Source of the DNA: the human T2T-CHM13v2.0 reference genome, Homo sapiens
DNA length: 64,000 nucleotides
Direction of reading: 5' to 3'
NCBI GenBank assembly: GCA_009914755.4
Contig: CP068257.2
Coordinates: 13,536,001-13,600,000 of the forward strand
The notes beneath the pieces are model-generated. The model was not told the origin of the DNA and searched no databases. It saw only the letters and a program-made list of their open reading frames with translations. This document shows positions 1-14,850 of this stretch, one piece after another. A program made the position numbers and the translations under genes. Within the stretch, counting starts at the first letter, position 1, and the number at the start of each line of letters is the position of its first letter.

Positions 1-40
1 TTTATTATTATTTATTTATTTACTATGATTATTATTATTA
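1..40. repeat. AT-rich simple repeat (TTATT/TTTA)n
   Basis: Sequence is visibly 'tttattattatttatttatttactatgattattattatta'. It adjoins the poly-T (reverse poly-A) of the next Alu. Confidence 0.8.
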
Positions 41-335
41 TTTTTTGAGATGGAGTCTCGCTCTGTCACCTACGCTGGAGTGCAGTGGCGTAATTTTGGC
101 TCACTGCAAGCTCCGCCTCCCGGGTTCACGCCATTCTCCTGCCTCAGCCTCCTGAGTAGCTGAGTAGCTGGGACTGCAGGCACCCACCACCATGCCCAGC
201 TAATTTTTTTGTGTTTTTAGTAGAGACAGGGTTTCACCGTGTTAGCCAGGATGGTCTCGATCTCCTGACCTCGTGATCCACACGTCTGGGCCTCCCAAAG
301 TGCTGGGATTACAGTGTGAGCCACTGCTCCTGGTC
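41..335 (-). mobile_element. Alu SINE (AluS/Y-like), full length
   Basis: Begins with a poly-T and then 'gagatggagtctcgctctgtcacc...ggctcactgcaagctccgcctcccgggttcacgccattctcctgcctcagcctcc...gggattacag...gagccac'. This is the reverse complement of the Alu consensus. Confidence 0.9.
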
Positions 336-337
336 TA

Positions 338-2355
<2,018 letters not shown>

Positions 2356-4140
2356 ATATGTTTATCGCATTATGCACTGTGCTCAGTTTAGAGATGAATA
2401 AACCGAAACTGTCTCATGATGAGAGGTCATCACAACCCCAAGGTCTATGCAATTTCTCTATATTGACCCCAGAAACAGACTGACTACGTCTCTGGTGATT
2501 GGTTGACTATAAACTGGCTTATTTGCTCACATACTCATTCAACAAACGTATACTGAGCCTTTTCTTTGTGCCATACCCCATCCTGGAAGTTGGGTGTGCA
2601 GTGAGCAAGAGGCTTAACCCTTGCCCTCAGATAGTCAGTGGGCACAGGGGCCAACTCCACTCTTTTCTACCCCACAGTGTCTCTCAGTCATCGCCACGGT
2701 TGGGAACCCCCACTTCAAACTACTTTGGAAACTCTGATAATGACCAGATCCTTGAGAAAAACACCAGAAAGCTTAATATCACCGCTTTATATACGTCTTC
2801 ACTAACGAAAGGCTATTAATGCAAATGGTTTCAATAACAATTGGCAAATATGTTTTTCACAGTAGTTTTCCACAGTATGGAAACATCAAATTTCAGATTT
2901 GTTTCAGAATTAAGTATATTATGAAAATTTTACAGTTTCGTTAAATCTGTCAACTCAAATATGCTAAAATTTGAGTATGGTGCAATGTAATTTTTAAAGT
3001 TAGGTTTATTTTAGACTCTATGCAACAAGATCAATTAGAGAAAAGGTGATCATTGACCATAGGAATTGTGGTCCTATGCATTGACCATAGGGGTTGTGTT
3101 GCATCGAACTGTTAGCATAATGCTTGAAGCACCAATTCTGAGAATGTAAACCATTCTTATATCATAGACAGCATATATCCTGTGAATAACAGAGCACTCA
3201 AAAGAATGAATAAACTTGGTATATGGCTTTTCCAGGCATTTTATAAATACTCACTGCAAACTTACATATATAACTGGGTTTTGTATTTGAAAACAGTACT
3301 AATCATTCTTTCACCAACCAGGCATGTATATGTGCAGATAAGAATGATGTATGTCGGAGAGGCCTGTCTACACTGCCTAGATGAGATTTGCCCTTGATTT
3401 GCAGCCACAGCTGCTAATGGCAAAACATACAGCTATTTTCAACCACTCCACTTAGATTCACATTCTTCTCCGCTCTGGTGCTTTAAAAAGCACCAGGATG
3501 CTTGCTTGTCTCCACTGTGTCCTGGCAGGCCATTATTCTACAGACTGATTTTAATTTGAGCTTAGGCATGTCATCACAAGTTTGTGGGAGAGTCATCTAA
3601 AATCATCAGAAACATGATGACTGTGTTCTTGAAGCACACATGCAGGATGTCACGCAAAAGATTATAGATCACTTTGAAGAGTCAACATTGTCTCCCAGAG
3701 TGATGATAAATCCCGAGAAGATGTACACCTCCACATAACAAAGATCCTCCCTGGTATTGTAGAGATGAGACGTGACATGCATCGACACTGTGTCCCATGA
3801 TAGACTGACAAAGAAGCATGGTGATACCTCAATTGTTCACAACTTCTGTGGGTAAAACATACTTTGGGCAAAGTTGGCCCAGGTAGGGGAAAATTCCTGA
3901 CTCTTCATTGTTTTAGTGGCTGCTGAGAAAGCTCAACCATTTCTTTTGTAAAGCCTTCTGAGACCCATCAAGAAGAGGTGATCCCTTCCTCCTTTGCACC
4001 TTTACTAGCGCTTTGACATGTTCTTGTTTTTGTATCAATTTACAATCTCCTCCCTTCCTAGACTCTTATCTCTTCGAAGGAAAGATCTGTTTCTTTGAAT
4101 TCCTAACACATTTCATAGTTCCTGACATAAAATTTTGGGA

Positions 4141-4182
4141 TTAAATATGGGTGGATGAATGAATGGATGAATGGATAGGGAG
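4141..4182. repeat. (GAATG/GGATGAAT)n short simple repeat
   Basis: Sequence 'gggtggatgaatgaatggatgaatggatagggag'. Confidence 0.6.
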
Positions 4183-4639
4183 AGAAAAACAAGACTCAGT
4201 AGGCTACTGAAGTTGTCTGGCCTGGGGCTGCTGAACTAGAACTAACTCACCCCATGCTCCCACCGTTGAGTCAACTTGGAGAGAAAAAATGAGGGAAGTA
4301 ATCTCAAGCAGTTATTATATGACATCTGTGCTACTTGATAGGAGTCGCTACTGAGAGGAGAAGAAGCTTCCTCCATTTTAACCAAGGTTGTTGCAGATCA
4401 ACCTTCCTCCTGGTATGAGGAGAGAAGAGATTATTATTCTGTAGAGATCCAGTAAGGTGGGTAAATCGGGATGATACAGAAAAGAATCTTTGAAATATGA
4501 CACACATGGGAACCAACCAGAATTTAGCCAATTACTAATTAGCTGAGAAATCTGGGACAAGTTACGTGGTTTCACTGAGTATCTGGCTCTTCATCTACAA
4601 ATTAAATTCATAATATCTGCTTTGCAGCATGATCAGAGG

Positions 4640-4700
4640 AGCTCTAAGGAGCATATGTTCAGTGCCTGGCACAGAGAGATACTCAATAAATATTTTCATT
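4640..4700 (+). mobile_element. MIR SINE 3' fragment
   Basis: 'tgttcagtgcctggcacagagagatactcaataaatatttt' matches the MIR 3' end 'gaacagtgcctggcacatagtaagcgctcaataaatg'. Confidence 0.45.
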
Positions 4701-5039
4701 TAAAATAACCATGTATATGCATTACCTTATTTTTAGTTGTATAATGACATTTTATTTCACTAAATTTGACATTAATATTGTTGGAAATTATCCTCTTGGT
4801 TAATTCTGGTTTTTCTGCAGAAAAATAGATTCATTTTTCTTTCAATGAGGTAAGTCTTTAGTGCCTACCATCAGGCAAAATGGTGTATCTAGAGGGCCTG
4901 TAATATTCTTAGGAAAATGTCAAATAAAATGGGGTGACCATAAGAAAGGTCCATACCAGGATGACTGAATCACACAGCATGCAAATAAGAAAGCTTGAAA
5001 GGTAGGAGGAATAGTCATTCAAAGACACATGCTGTTATG

Positions 5040-5385
5040 GATTGAATGTTTGTGTCCTTCCAAAATTTATATGTCAAAATCCTAACCCTAAGGTGATGGT
5101 ACTGGAAGCGTGGCCTTTGGGAGGTACCTAGGTTATGAAAGTGGAGCCCTCATGATGGAATTAGTGCCTTTATAAAAAGGAACCCAGAGAGCTCTTTTGC
5201 TCTCTTTCCAACCGTTGAGAGGACAAGGAGAAGCAGGCAGTCTATGACCTGGAGAAGTCCCTCATCAGAACCCAATCATGCTGGCACCCTGACCTGAGTT
5301 CCATCCTGTAGGACTGAGGGAAATGAATTTCTGTTGTTTATAAGTCACCTGGTCTCTGGTGTTTTGTTATAGTGGCACAAATGGA
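5040..5385 (+). mobile_element. MLT1-type ERVL-MaLR solo LTR
   Basis: Matches the remembered MLT1 consensus over 'tgtgtccttccaaaatttatatgtcaaaatcctaaccc...tcatgatggaattagtgcctttataaaaagg...accagaacccaatcatgctggcaccctgacctg...tttctgttgtttataagtcacctggtctctggtgttttgttatagtggcac'. Confidence 0.65.
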
Positions 5386-6923
5386 CACATGCATACATAT
5401 GCATATGGATAAGAAGGAGCTCATGGTTGCTTGGGTTTAAAGAATAATATTTGAGTACTCCACTCATATTAACTTTCAACAAGTATAGAAGGTCAAATGT
5501 GAACCCACAATGTCTCTGAATTGGTTACCACGTCATGAGTTCTAGCACTAGGTCCTTAAGATGTTAACCTTTCCTTTCTTCAAAACAAATAAAATTGGTC
5601 ATAAGAATAAACAAGTGACCTAAGAGAAGGGTGCCTGATGGGTCACTCTGTATGATGCCTAACACTTCACAGGCTGTTACAGCAACCGGCTCCAATATCC
5701 TAAACTCAACTATTTGACTTTGACTCTCCCCCTCTTTCTTGTCCGTTCCTTCAGGTGACCATCCCATTAGAAGAAGACAGATGCAGCAGAGAGGCCACTA
5801 ACTGTCCATGTCACAGGATACTCCTCCTACACCCCCCTCCCTCCCTGAAGTGGTCTGTTCTCTACAATCATCTCATCATCCCCATGTTTTAACTTGTTTT
5901 CATAATTTTTCAGAACCCTAATCTCAATCACATATGAGTATTAGTAGATTTCATTATTTAAATGATTTAAAATAAGGTCTGGATGACAGGGTATGCTTGT
6001 CTGATTTAGGTAGTCTACTTCATTTAAAGAAGTACTTAGTTGCCTAAATAAGATTTAAACATTTGGATTTGGGAATCTCTTTTCACTTGTTCTTTTCTTG
6101 GTCCATAAGAAGAGCCAGAACCACAGCATGCCTCTCTATTTCAGAGCTACATTAAGGTGAGTTTAAAAACAAGTTAACTTGTTGAATGCCAGGAAGAAAA
6201 ACAATATTTGGGAATAAAATCTGATGGAGATAAGATTTGGCTATTGAGGAAATTATCTTCGAATAAGCAATCATATACAACTCAATTCTTAATTAGTTGA
6301 ATCAAGCTATTCTTAAGTGAGAATCATTAAATAAAATTTTAAAATTAGTTCTCAAATTATTTTTTAACCCGAAGATGTATCAATAATAAATATATTAAAA
6401 TAGCATGTACAGCACGCAGTTTGATAAAAATTGATTAGGATGGATTATACAGCCCTCCCCCAAGTAGTTCTGCACTGAATTCTGAAGGTAACAGGAATGA
6501 GTGGGAAGGAGCCATGAAAAAAATGCAAACTTGTTACAACAGAAAACTACACTTGTGATTCCAAAAAAGAGTGGTTTGGGTGATTTCCAGTAATTCTTGG
6601 GAGAAAAAGAGCAGGAACTATAATCTCACAACATAATGAGTTGGGATACGAGACTGAAGTATAAAGATGAAATAACATACCTTTCAAAAACAGAATTCCT
6701 CAAAAATCTACAAGCTGAGAAGAAAGCACCTTTGAAAATATTTAAAGTAAAAATAACAGTATACAAATGCTATAATTATGGGACCATACTATAGCCATCT
6801 AGACAGATTAAGAATACAGAAGTTACCTTGACAACCATTTCAGAGATTGGATAGAAGGGGGTGAGAAGTTATGAGCTATCCCATCATGACCCATCAGTCA
6901 TAGGTGCTGAAAGTCTTACCATC

Positions 6924-7302
6924 TGTATTAGTCTGTTCTCACATTGCTATAAAGAAATGCCAGAAACTGTGTAGTTTATAAAGAAAAGAGTTTTAATTGG
7001 CTCACAGTTCCACAGGCTGTACAGGAAGCATGGCTGGGGAGGCCTCAGGGAGCTTTTACACATGGCAGAAGGCAAAACAGATGCAGGTATCTTCACATGC
7101 CCGGAGCAGGAGGAAGAGAGGGAGTGGGGAGGTGCTACACACTTTTAAACAACCACATCTCAGAAGAACTCTAGCATTAGAACAGTACCAAAGGGGAAAT
7201 CTGCTCCCATGATCCAAACACCTCCCACCAGGCCCCACCTCCACACTGGGGATTACAAATCGACATGAGATTTGGGCAGGGACACAAATCCAAACCATTT
7301 CA
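6924..7302 (-). mobile_element. MST/THE1-type ERVL-MaLR LTR
   Basis: Begins 'tgtattagtctgttctcacattgctataaagaaatgccagaaactgtgtagtttataaagaaaagagttttaattggctcacagttccacaggctgtacaggaagcatggctggggaggcctcag' and ends 'gattacaaatcgacatgagatttgggcagggacacaaatccaaaccatttca'. This is the reverse complement of the MaLR LTR terminus 'TGATATGGTTTGGCTGTGTCCCCACCCAAATCTCAT...'. Confidence 0.7.
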
Positions 7303-7460
7303 CTATCTAAGCACAGAGCTTGGTTCTATGACTTTCAAGCTAAGTCTGCTCACAAGGAAAATGCCACTATTTCATTTATTTTTTAAATTCAGTAAACACC
7401 TACTGTGCACCTACTTTGCTCCAGGAAGTGGGAATGTCAAAACAAGTTTTAAAAGCCCCT

Positions 7461-7545
7461 GGAGGCGGAACTTGCAGTGAGCCTAGATGGTGCCACTGTA
7501 CTCCAGTCTGAGAGACAGAGTGAGACTCCGTTCCCCCCCGCCCCC
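7461..7545 (+). mobile_element. Alu 3'-end fragment
   Basis: 'ggaggcggaacttgcagtgagcctagatggtgccactgtactccagtctgagagacagagtgagactccgt'. Confidence 0.8.
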
Positions 7546-8654
7546 TAAAACAGCCTCTGGAATTTAAATTAACATGACAAAATAATGTGGCAAGTGCACA
7601 AATGGAGGTACATAAAAAATGGCCCTATGGGAGCTGTGCAGGATGGAGTCCACCAACGAGGCTGCAGGAACGACTTCATAAAAGAAGGAACAGCTGGGTT
7701 GGAACCTGAAAGACAGCTCAGCCAGGCATGGAGGTGTGAGGGAGGAGTGCTCCGCCCACATGGAAGAGCACATCTAGGAAACAGAGAGAAGCATGGTGCA
7801 GGCGGAACCTCTTAAAGATGGGGTATGGTAAACGATGTGGTTGAAGAGGTCAGCGTGTTGAATTTAGGAAATGAAATGCAAATAAAATGCTTAAAGGAAA
7901 ATGTGACATAATCAGATTTGAATCTTAAAATGTTCGCACCCACTTTTGTGTAGAAGACACATTGGAAGAGAGTAGGACTGGGGGTTCTTCATCATACTGA
8001 GTTCATTTTCTTTTTTTTCCCCAAGGTTGTTAATTTAGTAGATCAGAGAAATCCACTCGATAAAAATGTTTTTAAGATTTCATCGTAGCACTTGATGAGC
8101 TCTCTTGTCAACAAGTTCTGGAAATATTTACTGGATGATAATACAATCAAGTAGGTTAATCACCAGGCTCCAACCTACTTTTCCAGTCCTTTCTTTCCTC
8201 GTTCCCTATACCTCCTCATGCTCCCATCATTAAATTTCTTGTTGATCCCTGTAAACACCTTGGGTGTTCCAGCCTCACTGCCTTTGTTCAAAATGTTCTC
8301 TCCACCTGGAATGACATTCTTTCATCTTCTAGCTATTGAAATCCTATTCATTGTTCAATGGGCCACCACACTCACATGTATTTTTGTACTTGCCTTATGA
8401 TCCTTTCTTTATTCTACCTTCATTATAGTCATTTGAGTAATTATCTAATACTCCCTACCACAATTTACCTACGTGAGTGTAGGAATGTTTTCATATTCCT
8501 CAGCATAATGATAATGATACTTATTATAATCCCACCTTCAATGTCTTTAGTGAGTCTTGCCAGGCACTGTAGAAAGTTGCACTCCTCCTTGTCTTATGTA
8601 CTTCTAAGTGGCAGTTTCATGTATTCATTAGAAATGAAAAAAACATGGCAGTCA

Positions 8655-8828
8655 TCCAGACCCAGGCTAGCTCCTAGCTGTAAGATAGTGTTGCATGACC
8701 TGGGGCAAGTTATTTAACCTTTCTAAAGTTAAATTTTCTCATCTGAAAACTTGTAGGGTTGTTTTGGTGATTGAAGTAGATGATTGTTTAAAAGGCACTT
8801 AGCATAGTGCTTAACATACAATAATGAG
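8655..8828 (+). mobile_element. MIR SINE
   Basis: 'cagacccaggctagctcctagctgtaagatagtgttgcatgacctggggcaagttatttaacctttc...cttagcatagtgcttaacatacaataatg' follows the MIR core and 3' region. Confidence 0.6.
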
Positions 8829-11800
8829 ACTAAAATTAGTCTCTATGAAATCACGTCTAAACCCATTACACAGATTCTAGGAGACACAAAAATACATGTG
8901 GACTCCTCTAAGGGAGCTCACAATTTAGTGGAGAACAAAAGCTGTCAATGCTCTGGGATTTTGATAAATACTCATACTAAATAAGGAAAAATGTGAAAAT
9001 GGCAAATTAATGCTATAAACATTTCATATTCATATTGATATTATGGAAATACTACATGAAAGTTAAACTATTTTTAAATCTGGCACACTTAGATTACCCC
9101 CATGTGATACATTCATGTTTTACTAAAAATATTTTAATTACCCATAAACCTTTTTTTAATGATGGGGCAAAAAAAATCACCCCTGGAATATATCAGAGAA
9201 GAAAGGAAAGAAAGATGTTGAGAATTTTGAAAAGCATTTTGATGTCATTTTCAACTATTTTTTTCAGCCCTTTACTTCCTCCTCTTCAAATAAGCCATAC
9301 AGAATAAAGGAAAAATCTACAGAATATTGGCAATTGGGATGACCGTTGGCCTCTACCTTGCCTAGAGAGGAAAGAAAGGCCCAAGGACCTTGAGATTTCA
9401 TGTGCAGCAGCATCTGATGGGCCGGTTACCTTCTTTGCCCTGCACATTTTCTCTATTCCTCTCCCCACAGCTCTCTGCCCTGAGAGGTTGACCTGGATGA
9501 GCTGCACCCACAAGCTCATTTGTCCTCAGGTTTCCAGTTGAGTTCCACCAATGGGAGGCACCATCAGGAGATGCAGACTTCAAGAAGAGTGAAGCTGGGA
9601 TGTTTACTTCCCCAACTCGCTCTACCGAGCTGCGTGTGAGCTGGCTGGGTACTTCGGTGAAGTTTGCAGCTCCCATCGGCGCCCTTTTCTACATCAGCCT
9701 CCGTAGCTGCCCAACTTTCTTTTGCCATTGCAGCCAGTTGAGTGGCAAAACTGGCCCCCTCAATATTTTACTGTTCCTTGTTGGCTTCATTTTAGCCTGT
9801 CCACACTTTTGTCAATTACCTTTTCTTTAAACTCTCAATCACCTATTTGAACATGCCACCGGGGATGCTGCTTTGATCCTGCCTGACAACCTTGGTTTCT
9901 AGTTTAATATTTTCTCCTCTCCCCTCCGCCCCACACTATGCTGGGTTGAAGCATAAAGGAAATAAAAGATTGCCTTCATGGAAATGGGTCTTATTTCTTT
10001 ATTTAAAAATTATATTTTATTGGAGATATTTGATAGTTAAGAACTGTAATCTCAGTCTTTTTTTGTGATGACATTGCAATTCCTTTGTAGAACAGTTTAG
10101 AAAAACATTGAAATTTTTCCTAGGCGAATTGCTGATAGAACCACATCCCTTTCCAGCTCTTGTCCTTCCTCTGATGAAAATGAAAAGAGGTTATTCTTTG
10201 CGATATTGGAGCCACAAAACAACCAGATAAACTCACAAATAAAATCCATCTTAAGAATAAACCAGGAGTCCACAAGTGCAGTATTTCAACTATAACATAG
10301 CATGAAGAAAGGGCAGGCTGAAAGAAAAAAAGCCCGTGGGGACGAGTTTTCTTTACATGTCCTACAATAGTTTTTCTTTCATAAAAGTAATGAAAGAAAA
10401 GGTGGGGTGGAGTGGCAGTGAGGAGAAGAATGGGTGAGAAGATAAGACACGCATGCCTTGTGCTGAAGAAAAGACTATTTGTACCTAGTACATTGTAGAA
10501 ATTGTTCAAGAACAGCTCAGCCATGTAAAAATATGACCCTGTAATACTGCCAAGGTCAATCAGACCCATAGTGATTGACTTAGAAAGAGCTGGCCTTACA
10601 GGATACCATTGCACAAAGCCTACGAGAGTTTATACGCCTAATTGCTAGCATTTGGAAGGTATTTTTGAATCTTGAGAATTTAATTGTACAAAACTACAGT
10701 ATAAAACTCATACTTTAGTTTTTTTCTTGGTGGATAAGACTTAAAAGAGATACCATAAAAATGTAAAGTAGATACACAGTCACTCTTTCACGTTATGATA
10801 TTTTCATTATTTTATTAGCATTTATTCCTGATATTTTTGTTTTAATATTTCTTTGGCGTGGCTTTATTTTCCAAATAGAATTTAAGCTGCATAAGAACAG
10901 ATATCATGCTTTTTAGTCACCGTTTTTTGAATAAACTAAATTTTGACTCATAAATAATAATTTGTAGAGAGTTGCCTATTAAATGTCAAATTTATATACC
11001 TCAAATATGAACAATTACGATGTTCATGAGTAAGAGTAAAGTGTATGCTGAGAGTATGTTTATTTTTATCTTATTCATACAAAAGAATAAAGTAATTCTT
11101 TTTAAAAGAAGGGGCCCTTTATATATTTTGTATTATACGTTGAAAAAATACATGTATGTAAAAATTTGCAAGTCCAAAAAAGTACCGAGTTGTAATCAAT
11201 TTTTCCTTCCAGGGAATCAGGTTTTGGAGGTTTTACATTTTTTTTAGACTTCTGTATTATTTGATTTTTTTTACAAGGAACAAGCATTACTTGTTTAACT
11301 TAGAAAAAACTAAAATCATTAACAAAATCTTGTAACATAGTGGCTTTAGAGACAACTATTGAACCAAGTTTGAAGATGTATTTGTAATAAATGGTGATTT
11401 GATTTTCCTTCTCTCACTCTTTATATGTTTTTTGTTACCAGAGTAATGGGACTTCTCCCCGATTTCAGCTCCTATCCCCAACTCATTCCAACAATATATT
11501 TTGCAACCATCTCTTTACCCATGACCATATACCCTATTAAGATTTTTCTACCCGGTACTATTTCTAGGCTGAGCCAACTTTTAGGTTGTAGAAAATAGTA
11601 AAGGGAAAAGGAATAAGGACGGGATAGGATTTAAAAGAACAAAGATATTTGAGGGGAGGACAGGCGAGGGAGAAAGTGACAGAGCCCTAAAATGATCTCT
11701 TTTGCAGTCTACCCTCCCCCGAAATCAGTGCACTTAAATGTCTTTTTTTTATGGTGATTTGGGCAATATTTACTAGAGCCAGAAATACCAGAGTATCAAG

Positions 11801-12218
11801 TATTCCTGTCTGAGCTGGCATTTTGCCTACTAGTCCATGAATTCTCCCACTGGGTACATCCTGAAGCCTTCTTGGAGATTGCAGGTCATAAATGTGCATG
11901 ATTAATTGCCTATGTTGAAACAAACAAACAAAAAAGTTACCAGAACATTCAGACTAGAAGGTGAAGCAAGATCCTGTTGGGCGACAGAAGAAATCTGTTT
12001 GGGAGCCTGACAGTGATGGCTGAAGGAAGAAGATTGAGCTGACTGGAGCTGACTAATACACATTTCTAGTAGGTGGAATAACAAAAGGGATACGACTAGA
12101 AAATAGGGGTTTGTTACAAATTGTGAAAGACACCTAATAAATTACAAGGGACACAGGCTATGGGGCAGTGACTTAGATAAAACTAGAAGAGCAAAATGTA
12201 AAGCAATTTTTTTGTTTT

Positions 12219-12545
<327 letters not shown>

Positions 12546-13029
12546 AATGTAAAGCAATTTTTAAGACAAGTCCACAACTTTGTTTCTAAGTAAAATTAAC
12601 TAATTGAGATGGGAACATAGGGGCAGTATGCTGTCTTCCTTATGTATAGAGATACCCACAGATGTCTACCACCTATGGGTGAGAACAAATAATTAATCAT
12701 TTTCCAGTTCTGGTTAACAAACTATATTGCCTCCCTTGGAGGTGTACAGTATGTGCATACAAAAACCTGCATTAAATATGTTACAAAAAGTCTGCCCAGA
12801 ATTGGGCAAAAGAGAGCCCCATGGTGTCCTCAATTGAGGCCATATACTTTTGAAGACCTCACAGTTAACAAATGAAATATGGGAGAATATGATTTAAGAT
12901 TTCTTTGAATGCCCAAATAGTAAATGAAATTATATGTTCTATAAAGTGCTCCACAAATCCTGGTACAAAAGCAGTCAGTAACTTTTTTTCATTTTCAGTT
13001 AACCGCTGTGGGACTATCTTGGTGCATGT

Positions 13030-13345
13030 TGCACTGCTGTAACAGAATATCAGAGACAGTGTAATTTACAAAGCAAATAGTTTTTTCCTCACAGTTCTGG
13101 AGTTTGGAAAGTCCATGATGGAGGGGTTGGAATCTGGTGAGGGAGGAGGGCATCACGTGGGTGAAGGGGAGCAGGAGATTGAACTCACAGCCTGAAGCTT
13201 TCTTATAATTGACATGAATCCATTCATGAGGGTAGAGCCCTCATGACCTAAACACCTGTGATTAGGCCCTGCCTCCCAATAGTGTTGCACTGAGGATTAA
13301 GTTTCCAGCCCGTGCTTTTTAGGGGACACGTCCAAACTATAGCAA
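13030..13345. mobile_element. MLT1-type MaLR LTR (opposite orientation to the 5040 copy)
   Basis: 'ttgcactgctgtaacagaat...ttcctcacagttctggagtttggaaagtccatgatggagg...tcatgagggtagagccctcatgacctaaacacctgtgattaggccctgcctcccaat...aggggacacgtccaaact' is the reverse complement of the MLT1 motif series. Confidence 0.6.
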
Positions 13346-14009
13346 AGACTTACATGTCTTCGTAACTGGAAGTCTAGTATTTTTTTCTTCAGGTTCCCTG
13401 TCTTTCCCTTACTCATCGATTCCCTACCCTCTGCAGGCTCATCCAGTCCAAAGTAGGCCAATTCTGGCTACCAGAAAGTGGAAGGATATAGAGGCAAAAC
13501 GGTGCTCTGCTGCAGCTGATGCCTCTCAAAGATTAGTCCTACACAGTTGGAACAGTGATGACTGGCCCAGAATGCTGCAGTTATCTCACTTCTTCAGTTC
13601 TAAGGTTGGCCAAAGGCTGTCCATGTTTGAAGTCCTAGCAATTGCTGTTATACACAAACAGTCCATTCTAAACTGCAAGCTACTAGTAAGGGACCGGAGT
13701 AAGGTCCTGGACCCCCGTGGTTTTTCCTCCTCAGTGAGCTACCTAAGGGAGAAGTAACTGATCTTGCTGCCTTTACCCACATCTCTCACATTTACCTTTT
13801 GCTCACCTTTCTCAGGGACGCAATCCTCAGTGATTTAGTCAAGGTGCTATATCCTTTTCAGGAAGGTTCCCAAGTAATTCCATGGTTCCATTGTCTCTAC
13901 CTTTCTAAATCAGGCTACTCTCTGTGACTCCAAAGTGATTTTTCATCCTGGCCTAAGTCATGAACTCCTGGGCATTTTTTTCCCTAAAGAAAAGAAAAAC
14001 ACATCTTCA

Positions 14010-14435
<426 letters not shown>

Positions 14436-14543
14436 TTAGGATGACGGTTCTCTACAAAGTAGAACTTTGTACTCATTTGAATGTTTTTGGATGTAAATTA
14501 CAGAAATCCAGCAAAAGCAAAGCAAAGCAAACAAACAAAAAAG

Positions 14544-14850
14544 TAGCCAAGTGTGGTGGCTCATGCTTGTAATGCCAGAACTTGGAGAGGCCAAGGCAGG
14601 AGAATCACTTGAGCCCAGGAGTTTGCAACCAGCCTTGCCAGCATAGTGAGACCCTGTCTTTAAAAAATTTTAAAAATTAGCTGGGTGTAGTGGTTTGTGC
14701 CTATAGTCCCAACTACTTGGGAGGCTGAGGCAGGAGGATAGCTTCAGCCTGGGTGGTTGAGACTGCAGTGAGCTATGATTGATCACAACACTGCACTCCA
14801 GCCTGGGCAGCAGAGCAAGACCCTATGTTCCAAAAAAAAAAAAAAAAAAA
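14544..14850 (+). mobile_element. Alu SINE (older, AluJ/S-like) preceded by a (CAAAG)n tract
   Basis: 'agccaagtgtggtggctcatgcttgtaatgccagaacttggagaggccaaggcagg...gctgggtgtagtggtttgtgcctatagtcccaactacttgggaggctgagg...gcactccagcctgggcagcagagcaagaccctatgttcc' followed by poly-A. Confidence 0.9.

Noticed and set aside
3050-3100. Short direct repeat 'cattgaccatagg(a/g)(a/g)ttgtg' x2
   Set aside because: Only two units of about 25 bp. This is most likely a chance local duplication, and I see no evidence of function.
10120-10614. 164-aa minus-strand ORF
   Set aside because: The translation is hydrophobic/low-complexity ('...LFFFQPALSSCYVIVEILHLW...') with no recognisable motif, in AT-rich sequence. 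It fits a chance ORF. I saw no splice-site context or CpG island nearby.
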